Of a stretch of 64,000 bases of DNA, positions 26,442 to 36,420 are shown piece after piece; positions within the stretch are counted from its first letter, which is position 1, and each line of letters begins with the position of its first letter. This DNA is from Eledone cirrhosa (Eukaryota). The translations under genes were made by a program, and so were the position numbers. The DNA lies in the NCBI GenBank assembly GCA_964016885.1, contig OZ024740.1, forward strand, positions 114,266,001 to 114,330,000. The letters are read 5' to 3'. A model generated the notes under the pieces. The model had not been told where the DNA came from. It made no database searches and saw only the letters and a program-made list of their open reading frames with translations.

Positions 26442-28290
26442 GGACCACAAACACAGCCAGTCTGTGGGGCTAACATTGCTAGTAACTACAGACTGTCCTA
26501 CTTCCTCTCCCAGATCATACGCCCCATCATTGAGATGTCCCCAGATGTGTGTGACAGCACGGAGGACCTCCTCAGCAGAATCGGCGCGGGTAACCGATCT
26601 GGGGACCTAACAAACTGCATAATAGGCAGTATGGATGTTGTGTCCCTGTATCCATCTATTGACGTGGATTTTGCTGTGGAGAAATTCGTAGAAATGATCA
26701 GCGAGAGCAAGGTTGAGTTCCGTGGGATTGATACCAGTGAGCTGGGACTTCTACTTAAGCTTACCCATAGTAATAGTTACCTAGACACTTATGACCTTAG
26801 CAACCTGTGCCCTACAAGACCAGCAAGAGGCAGACCACCTACCATTACCTCAATGGCCAAGAAAACCCACACAGATAGATGGAACGGGTGGACCAGAGCC
26901 ATACGGACACCCGAAAACCACGATGAACTGAAGAAAATGATTGCACATGCGGTAGGGGCCAGATAAAATTAACCCTTAAGGAACATATGTTCAAATTTAA
27001 TGGTAAAACATATGCCCAAGAGGAAGGAGCAGCCATTGGTGTTAGCATTGCAGGCGACATAGCTAACTTATTCATGGTATGGTGGGACAGTAGACTTAAA
27101 CAAAAACAAAAACTTAATGAACAATTAGAAGACAGCTTAACCCTGATAATGTACTCCCGCTACGTAGATGATATAAACATCGTAGTTAAGACACCCCCAC
27201 TAAAGAACAGTCAGGAACTAGAGAAAAACACAATGGAAAGCATCCAGCAAATAGCAAACTCCATCCACCAGAGCATTAGAGTTACTATAGACTACCCAAG
27301 TAGACACCCCAACCATCGATTACCTGTACTAGACACAGAGATCTGGTTAGATACCATTAACAACCAAAAACAATTCCTCCATTCCCATTATGCCAAACCC
27401 ATGACTTCCAAACATCTGATCCACCGAAACTCGGCCATTTCGGACCATACCAAAATCAACATACTGATTGCGGATTTGGTACGGGTGATGAGAAATGTGT
27501 CCCGCATGTGCAACCCCGAAGAACTAGAGACACACATACAACACTTCATCCACCGTATGCAGTTCTCTGGCTATAATCAGAGAGATAGAATTAGAGTGTA
27601 TAAAGGAGCCAGAACCAAATGGGAAAAAATGGTAAATAATGACATAAATGGGACCTGCCCCTTGTATAGGAGCAAATTTTGGAATAGAATAGAAAGAACT
27701 AGGAACAAGGCCAATAGAATAAACTCATGGTATGATAGCAATAAATACCAGAGTGTAATGTTCATCAATACAACCCCTAGAGGCGAACTAGCCTACAAAT
27801 TTAGAAGGGCCCTAAATAAACATAATCTCAATATTAAGATAGTAGAAAGACCTGGTACCTCCGTAAAAACACTTATTAGCAAGACATACCCGTTCCAAAG
27901 ACCCTCATGTATAGATAAGAAATGTATAACCTGTAAAATAAGCCCCCATATTAACTGTAAAACTAGAAATGTAGTGTATAGCATAAGATGTACTGAAGGA
28001 CAATGTAGAAACAAAAATATAGTGTACATAGGTGAGACAGCTCGTAGTATAGGGGAACGAATAAATGAACACTGGCGAGACCTCCAAGATAATAAAGAAT
28101 CATCTGTGCTCTACCAACATGCTAAGATAGAACACATGGGTAGATTAGAGAGCATAGAAATAAAAATAGAATCCACACACAGAAAAGACGCAATGTTTAG
28201 GCAAATTACAGAGGCAGTAAGCATAAAATAATTAAAACCAAAATTAAATAGAAAATATGAGTGGAACAGCAACATCACAACTTACAATTA
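26442..28290 (+). pseudogene. PLE reverse transcriptase + GIY-YIG endonuclease, disrupted
   Basis: RT motifs GSMDVVSLYPSI, QEEGAAIG, RYVDD, PVLD; CxxxxCxxC linker; VVYSIRC..YIGET..ERINEH..QHAKIEH (CCHH). Frameshift near 26962 and GAA>TAA stop at 28229 relative to the inverted copy. Confidence 0.92.
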
Positions 28291-28598
28291 AGGACAAAAT
28301 GAAAACACACACACACATAGAACAAACAACTTACAATTGAAAACACACACAAAATGAAAACACACACAGGACAAAATGAAAACACACACACACATAGAAC
28401 AAACAACCAACCAACAATAAATAAATAAATAAATAAACAAATAGAAAAATATAAATAGAAAAATAGAAAAATTAACACAAACACACACATACACCCGAAT
28501 GTGGCGCATGCGCAAACTGAGCACACAACACACACACAGAAACAAAATGGCGTAGGATAGAAGAAAGGAAAGGCACAGAAACGAAGAAAGGAATCCCC

Positions 28599-28643
28599 AG
28601 TCACTGAAGAGGTCACAGAGTGTGTGACGAAAGGACTATGACT
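28599..28643 (+). ncRNA. Minimal type I hammerhead ribozyme in the PLE 3' UTR
   Basis: AGTCA-CTGAAGA-G-GTCACA(GAGTG)TGTGAC-GAAA-GGAC-TA-TGACT. Confidence 0.85.
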
Positions 28644-28877
28644 ATTTATATCAACAACTATCTGGTTGTGGAACCAACCAACCAACCAGAAATGTATAAG
28701 TTTGTAGATTTGTAAATTTGTAAATTTATAAATTTATAAAAATATATAATAAATTGAAGTGAAAGCAACTGGTGCGGGTGTTTCTTATTGGCAACATGAC
28801 CCTCCCAAAGTATAACAATATCGGTTTCAACACACGATTTCAGATAAAGAATCTTGCTAAACAAATTCAGAAACGAA

Positions 28878-28959
<82 letters not shown>

Positions 28960-29125
28960 AATTAGTATATCTACCAACAAATATATACAGATGCATACCT
29001 ATGCTAGCAAATATATAGGTTTTGTCTTAGTAACTTTGTAGTTCAATGCAAGGAGAGGCAGAACAATTATATGAAAGACGTAAAATAAGAAAATTATAAA
29101 ACTTAACTTACTTACTAAAATTTCA

Positions 29126-29208
29126 CTCCAACTAATTAGTTTCTGAAAGGGAATAAACATGGTTTCCGAATATAACAACATGGAGAACATCCTTTCGTCA
29201 TCAGGGAG
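29126..29208 (-). ncRNA. Type I hammerhead ribozyme, family A (mirror copy)
   Basis: Reverse complement of 29396-29478 with core intact. Confidence 0.85.
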
Positions 29209-29395
29209 GTCCATTCTCAGCTAAGTTCCCAGGCAATGCGTGGACACAGGGAAATTATACAAAAATAATTCAGTGGATGGAAAAAAAGCAATGTCCTGGA
29301 ATTTAGTCCTCGCTACCTTTTTTCCATCCACTGAATTATTTTTGTATAAGTTCCCTGTGTCAACGCATTGCCTGGGAACTTAGCTGAGAATAGAC

Positions 29396-29478
29396 CTCCC
29401 TGATGACGAAAGGATGTTCTCCATGTTGTTCTATTCGGAAACCATGTTTATTCCCTTTCAGAAACTAATTAGTTGGAG
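29396..29478 (+). ncRNA. Type I hammerhead ribozyme, family A
   Basis: CTCC-CTGATGA-CGAAAGG...CCTTTCA-GAAA-CTAATTAG-TT-GGAG; palindromic stem III, GUU site. Confidence 0.85.
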
Positions 29479-30026
29479 TAAAATTTTAGTAAGTAAGTTA
29501 ATTTTTATAATTTTCTTATTTTACGTCTTTCATATAATTGTTCTGCATCCCCTTGCATTAAACCACAAAGTTACTAAGACATAACCTATATATTTGCTAG
29601 CAAAGGTATGCATCTGTATATATATGTTGATAGATATACTAATTCTTTATAATTATCTCCAAATTATTTTGTTCAGCAAAAATTTGCCAAAACTACTACT
29701 ATGGTTCACAGTGATAGTCAGGCTACTGTCTTATTAGCACCCCACTCCTCACTGATTAACCACAATGTCACGTGATTGATTCTTTTGAATTTGCCATCGA
29801 CGAAGTAGGCAGTGATTTTTTCAATGTCCTGGAATTTAGTCCTCGCTTGCTTTTTTCCATCCACTGAATTATTTTTGTATAAGTTCCCTGTGTCCACGCA
29901 TTGCCGTAAGCAACCAATCACATTCTTTCTCTCTGGCTTGAACAAAGCCACATAGCGATTTTTAGCCATTTTTGAATCTAATTTTGGCGGGATCGGATTG
30001 AAAAACTAGATGTCTGATTTTGAGTT

Positions 30027-30104
30027 TGTCTCCTGATGAATCCTAACTCAGGACATTCCTATTATTTGGATGTCCAAAATAAGGAAGAAACCATGGTAGA
30101 GATA
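30027..30104 (+). ncRNA. Type I hammerhead ribozyme, family B copy 1
   Basis: TGTCTC-CTGATGA-ATCCT..GGACATTC(9 nt)GGATGTCC..AGGAA-GAAA-CCATGG-TA-GAGATA. Confidence 0.85.
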
Positions 30105-30682
30105 TAATTACGGTATGTGCGCATTTCTTCTAAGTTTAATTTTACAACTACTTGTTGATGGTATATTTAGTCAGTTTCTACATGCTGTCGAAATGTTGGA
30201 TAAATACTCGACTGGGGCCGCCGCGAAGAGGCTACGCTCGGTTATTTGTCGGAGATTTCCCCATAAGAGCATTTATTCGTATAGCTTGTTCTGATTGATT
30301 TTTTATATGGTTAATTATGCTAATTGGAAGAAGAAATAGTATATATTTTATTATCTGATGATTCTAAAGACATGATTTATGATATAATGCTCTGATTTTT
30401 TAATTTATTAATTCTTCATAGAGCTTAAAAGTGACCAGTTGCAACGTATATATATCTTTAACTTTATGTATATGTTAACCTTTATATTTAATAATCTCCC
30501 AATAGGTTGAGATTAACTTTGCGATATTTGGCTGCGCTTTCTAGCAGCAAGCCTACCCGCCGTAAGCAACCAATCAGATTCTTTCTCTCTGGCTTGAACA
30601 AAGCCACACAGCGATTTTTAGCCATTTTTGAATCTAATTTTGGCGGGATCGGATTGAAAAACTAGATGTCTGATTTTGAGTT

Positions 30683-30760
30683 TGTCTACTGATGAATCCT
30701 AACTCAGGACATTCCTATTATTTGGATGTCCAAAATAAGGAAGAAACCATGGTAGAGATA
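30683..30760 (+). ncRNA. Type I hammerhead ribozyme, family B copy 2
   Basis: As copy 1, but the stem I 5' strand is TGTCTA (A.G mismatch next to the cleavage site). Confidence 0.78.
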
Positions 30761-31346
30761 TAATTACGGTATGTGCGCATTTCTTCTAAGTTTAATTTTA
30801 CAACTAATTGTGTATGGTTGATGGTATATTTAGTCAGTTTCTACATGCTGTCGAAATGTTGGATAAATACTCGACTGGGGCCGCCGCGAAGAGGCTACGC
30901 TCGGTTATTTGTCGGAGATTTCCCCATAAGAGCATTTATTCGTATAGCTTGTTCTGATTGATTTTTTATTATATGGTTAATTATGCTAATTGGAAGAAGA
31001 AATAGTATATATTTTAATATCTGATGATTCTAAAGACATGATTTATGATATAATGCTCTGATTTTTTAATTTATTAATTCTTCATAGAGCTTAAAAGTGA
31101 CCAGTTGCAACGTATATATATCTTTAACTTTATGTATATGTTAACCTTTATATTTAATAATCTCCCAATAGGTTGAGATTAAATTTGCGATATTTGGCTG
31201 CGCTTTCTAGCAGCAAGCCTACCCGCCGTAAGCAACCAATCAGATTTTCTCTCTGGCTTGAACAAAGCCACACAGCGATTTTTAGCCATTTTTGAATCTA
31301 ATTTTGGCGGGATCGGATTGAAAAACTAGATGTCTGATTTTGAGTT

Positions 31347-31424
31347 TGTCTACTGATGAATCCTAAGTCAGGACATTTCTATTATTTGGATGTCCAAAAT
31401 AAGGAAGAAACCATGGTAGAGATA
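31347..31424 (+). ncRNA. Type I hammerhead ribozyme, family B copy 3
   Basis: As copy 2. Confidence 0.78.
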
Positions 31425-31726
31425 TAATTACGGTATGTGCGCATTTCTTCTAAGTTTAATTTTACAACTAATTGTGTATGGTTGATGGTATATTTAGTCA
31501 GTTTCTACATGCTGTTGAAATGTTGGATAAATACTCGACTGGAGCCGCCGCGAAGAGGCTACGCTCGGTTATTTGTCGGAGATTTCCACATAAGAGCATT
31601 TATTCTTATAGCTTGTCCTGATTGATTTTTTATATGGTTAATTATGCTAATTGGAAGAAGAAATAGTATATATTTTATTATCTGATGATTCTAAAGACAT
31701 GATTTATGATATATATATATATATAT

Positions 31727-32539
31727 AGTATAAAAAAACGAAATATCAGTGATGAATCAGGACTCAGTTTATTGCGTGTTACAATTGTTTCGCCGGCAGG
31801 TAGCTCGAGACATGATCACTATATGGATCTGGCTGATTCTACGGCTGCAGGTTCCTTCGGACACATGCAATTATTTCGGAGTAAATTTTCTCACTGGGGT
31901 GTTATCATAAAAAAACACCTTCAAAAACATCTTCCACTCTTGTCATGCCATTGGCTGTTGTTTTTCTACGTCATCATAAATTCTGGTCACTATTTACTGC
32001 TACACTGACCATCAGCCATTTTCTGTCCGACACACTTCAATGGAACCATGCTGGGTTTGGTATCTCACACGTCTGTTTACACTCCCGAGTATGTACCCAC
32101 ATATACACACACAAATACACACACACACGTACACACACATGCATGCATACACATATGTACGCACACATGTGTAGACACACATACCCTATGTAGCAGTGAC
32201 CAGAATTTATGACGAGGTAGAAAAACAAAAGCTAATGGCATGACAAGAGTGGAAGATTTTTTTTGAAGGTGTGTTTTGATAACACCCCAGTGAGAAAATT
32301 TGCTCCGAAAGAATAGCATGTGTCCCAAGTAACCTGCAGCCGTAGAATCAGCCTGATCCATACAGTGATCATGTCTCGAGCTACCTGCCGGCGAAACAAT
32401 TGTAACACGCAATAAACTGAGACCAGATGCATCACTGATATTTCATTTTTTATACTATTCACACTCTGCTCTGTAAGAATATTGAGTGCTAATTTTGGCA
32501 TACCGCCTATGGAAGCACCATAGCTACCATTATAAACAC

Positions 32540-32540
<1 letters not shown>
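31727..32540. mobile_element. Head-to-head pair of HHR-like 3' ends (inverted repeat 31727-32003 / 32189-32458)
   Basis: ~275-bp arms, each with GAAA-CAATTG-TA-ACAC then AATAAA. The left arm (31774-31868, minus) has core CCGAAGGA; the right-arm core is decayed. Confidence 0.75.
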
Positions 32541-32570
<30 letters not shown>

Positions 32571-32573
<3 letters not shown>

Positions 32574-32660
32574 AAAAGTCTGACCCCGACGGCAGAGCTC
32601 AAGCCGTTTCGACGGCTATTTCTGGACTAAATTAGAATTTTTCCTTACCACAATTCCTTT
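32571..32660 (+). mobile_element. Internally deleted copy of the palindromic (TA)n-anchored family
   Basis: Left arm GACCCCGACGGCAGAGCTCAAGCCGTTTCGACGGC joined to terminal TTCCTTACCACAATTCCTT. Confidence 0.8.
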
Positions 32661-35600
32661 ATATATGTATGTATGTGTATGTATATATAATTTTGGTCGT
32701 TTTGGAAGCCTCAACAATGCAGATGGGTAAATCTCCGGGTACCAGAATCCGGTGGTGAAGAGAGAGATGTAAGGGAATGTATAATGAGATGTATAGTGTG
32801 TAGAGGAACGTAGGAAAGAGCGTAAAAAATAAAAATAATAGCACGAGATAGGGTTACCTTCGGAGAGATTTAATTGTCCCTATATTTCGGATTTCGCATC
32901 CATCAACTGGTGGGTTTTGCGAGGGGGAAAGTTATCTGTTGGAGAGGAACGGTACGTGGCCCCTGTTGTCCGCCGTGTGTGTATATATATAATTGTGTAT
33001 ATATATATATATATATATATAATTTTGAACAAATAAAGGGATATGACATGTATAAGTTTATTAATGCATTGCTTTACGATCTTTTCAGCGGGTAAACAAA
33101 TTATCTATATATCGATCAATCAATAGCAGTGTTGCAACTCCATATGTTAGCCTCCAAACCCTGAACACAATATGGATCCTTCTTCTTGTGTTTCTTTGTA
33201 GGACCTTGAACCAAGAAAGTTATGTACGTGTTTGTGTGATGAGGATATCTGTGATAATGAAGTAACAATGTTTTTTAAATAATTGTTTCTACTTTTGGCA
33301 CGAGGCCAGCAATTATTCAGTGTATTACTGGTACTTTATTTTATCGACCCCGTAAGGACACAAGGCAAAGTTAACCTCGGCGGGATTAAACTCAGACCAT
33401 AAAGGGCCGTAACTCTTTTCTGCAAAGCATGGCGTCCGACCCTCTACCGATACTGCCAATAAATAATACACATTCTTTCATTGCTACTTTAAAGGCCCAC
33501 TAATTGCCTAACTCCCTCAACAGCACAAAATTAGAATATGGAACAAGGCACAATTAAAATACTCTAATCCATTACATCTGCTTTCATTATTTCTCACATT
33601 ATTTCTCACATTATTTCTTTCATTATTTCTCTTGGCAGTATCGTTAGAGGGTCAGACACCATGCTTTGAAGCATAGTTACGTCCCTTAACGATCTGAGTT
33701 CAAATACCGCCGAGATTAACTTTGCCTTTCATCCTTACGGGGTCGATAAAATAAAGTACCAGTAATGTACTGGATAATTGCTCGCCTTGTGCCAAAAAGT
33801 AGAAACAATTATTTCTCACATTATTTCTGACAATATTTCTCACATTATTTCTCACATTATTTCTCACATAAGGGCAGTGGATTGGCAGTATCGGTAGAGG
33901 GTCGGACGTCATGCTTTGACGCATAGAATTACGGCCCTTTCCATTCTAAGTTCAAATCCCGCCGAGGTCAACTATGCCTTTCATCCTTACGTGGTCGATA
34001 TGTCATATATATAAGTACCAGAAATGTACTGAGTATTTGCTGGCCTTGTGCCCAAAATACAAACAATTATTTCTCACATTCTCTCACCATGAAACAGTCC
34101 AGCCGCACACACCAGTTAATAATAAATATAATGCTTTATTTTAAAAAACAGAGAAGTTGCTAAAGGTTATAACTGACCATGATTCTGTCCTTTGAACATC
34201 ACCAGCCTAGAAAATGCGTTTTGTTAAAGAACAGCATTAGTGCTTTCTCCACGCCATCGATATTTCCGGAAGAAAACCATAGGCTGATACAGCTTTACGT
34301 GATAGTCGTTGCAACTTATTGTCACTGCTGAATGGAGTGGAGGAATGTGAAATAAAGTGTCATGCTTAATCGCAGAGAGGATCGCTAGTTTCGGGAAAAG
34401 AATTGATAACTTTAAAATTGTTAGCCCAACATCCTAAACTCCTTAGAATTTGTCACTCTTGTATATAAAAAAAATATGGTGACTCATATAAGCTTTGGTA
34501 AATGTTGCTTGCAAACAGCAGAAACACACAAACAATCACTATAATTTAAGTAGAACCAATATAATTAAAAGACGTTTACTTTTAAAGGCGTTTACTTTTA
34601 GGGTGAGTTGTTGTTGTGTAGTCCCAGGTCAAATATGATTGAGCAGGTTTATAACGAAGGTTTTAGCCGTTCGCATTCCACGTTTCTTTCTCGGCAATAT
34701 GTTCTTTACGTTTTTATAATAATTGTTTCTACTTTTGGCACAAGGCCAGCAATTATCCCGGAGCATTATTGGTACTTTATTTTATCGACCCCGTAGGATG
34801 AAAAGCATAGTTAACCTTGGCGTGATTTGAACTCAGAGCGTTTTTTTTTTCTTTATGTCAAGAAAATATTTTATATAAGCACTAGGACCAATTTTTGTAA
34901 ATAAATAATATTGTGCTTTGTATAGCCTTTAAAATTAAGTTATCGATAGAGATCTCAAAGAGTAATAAGTCATGTGTGTGATGTATTTTTTTTCTTTTTT
35001 TTTGTAAGAGTAGAGATATGTGTGTATAATGAAGGTTTCGATCTACTTCAGCTGCGTTAGATGAGAAGGAGAAAGAACAACAAATCTAAGAAAACACTCA
35101 TATCTATTTCAAAATTGTCATTGTGCTCTTAACTGCTGTTGAGATTCTTAGTGTCACATCTGTAACAGCCGATGTATCTTGGGTATAGTAACCTGATAAT
35201 GCCCATCCAGGTTTGACCAAAGTCGATTTCCTCCAAAGAAGAGAAAATCACTAAGAATAAGAAAGGCACCTAATAATTTGATTCGAGCTTTATTTATCGA
35301 CCTGGAAATAATGGTTTCTATTTTAGGCACAAGGCCAGCAATTCCGGGAGACGGGAAAGTCGGTGAATTCGGTGCCAGTGCGTTACTGAAACTGTATTTT
35401 ATCCACCCCGTGAAAGGCAAAGGCAAAGGCTACCTCGGCGGAATTTGAACTCAGAACGTAAAGGGCCGCAAAACAGTGTGTCGGACGGTTTACCGATACT
35501 ACCGATCCACCGCACTTATGGACCCGGAAAAGTTAACATTGCTAGATTTGGAACTCACAGGAGAGAGATCCAACAAAAACATCACAACTCGACACAATAA

Positions 35601-36330
35601 AGTCTCTGACAATTTGCCGCGTGCTTAGCTTGGTTACATAAAGCAATTTAATTTAATAACCGAAATAAAGAATACAAGAAGAAAAACAATGTATACATAT
35701 CCCTATTTATCATTTTTTATTTATTCTTATTTATCTTTTGTTATATATTTATGTATTTATTTACTTTGAATCGTGAAAGCGGAAAATTGCGAAATTTGTA
35801 AACTGCAGAGGATAATCGATCGCTGTAAATGGGAAAGTAGTGAAGTCATTGATCTAGTTGAACTAGCGAATTTGAAGAAACAGAGAAGACATCGAATTGC
35901 CAAAAAAAAAACCCCCACAGAATAAAACCACACCAAAATATATAAATATATAAATACAAACGCAAATAAATAGCGAAATAAATGAATGAACAAATAAATA
36001 AATAATTACGAAATTACAAAAGGAAACGGTGAATATCAAAGGAGAAAAAGCGCTGGAATGGATAATGTCGGTCAAACAAGAAAACGTAAATGCATTCGTT
36101 TATTAGAATAAGAAGGAATTAAGAAATCAATATCTTAATATATATGTAAACAAGAGAAGCTAGGGGAAAATAACATGGCAACCTACAATAATATGTATGT
36201 ATGCAAGTATGTATGTATGAATGTATGTATGCATGTATGTATGAATGTATGTATACACACATATTATATATATATATATACATGCACACTCAGGCACATA
36301 TATATATTTTTGTACGTATGTATGTGTGTA

Positions 36331-36420
<90 letters not shown>

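Larger units (their letters stand above)
25167..28821 (+). mobile_element. 5'-truncated C-terminal-EN Penelope-like element (Neptune-like linker) with inverted 5' copy (25167-26438 minus; 26439-28821 plus)
   Basis: 25167-26438 is the reverse complement of 27473-28821; both ends read ..CCCAAAGTATAACAATAT; one HHR per arm. Confidence 0.92.
28955..29905. mobile_element. Non-coding HHR element family A: inverted copy 28955-29288, then a partial-tandem plus copy (533-bp period; 29289-29372 repeated at 29822-29905)
   Basis: 28955-29288 is the reverse complement of 29317-29650; direct repeat CAATGTCCTGGAATTTAGTCCTCGCT..GCATTGCC; diverged homologue at 57557-58126. Confidence 0.88.
29903..31713 (+). 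repeat. Tandem array of a ~660-bp non-coding HHR unit (family B, retrozyme-like), ~2.75 copies
   Basis: Units start GCCGTAAGCAACCAATCA at 29903, 30559 and 31225 (periods 656 and 666); the last copy runs into (TA)n. Confidence 0.93.

Noticed and set aside
30352-30450. Second CTGATGA in each family-B unit as another ribozyme
   Set aside because: No downstream GAAA-stem III-UH arrangement found
30773-30961. Repeated 62-aa ORF in the 660-bp units
   Set aside because: GTG start, disrupted by a deletion in unit 1, no recognisable motif
33580-33870. Short repeats separated by longer segments, superficially CRISPR-like
   Set aside because: Tandem 12-mers flanking SINE copies in eukaryotic DNA; no unique spacers or cas genes
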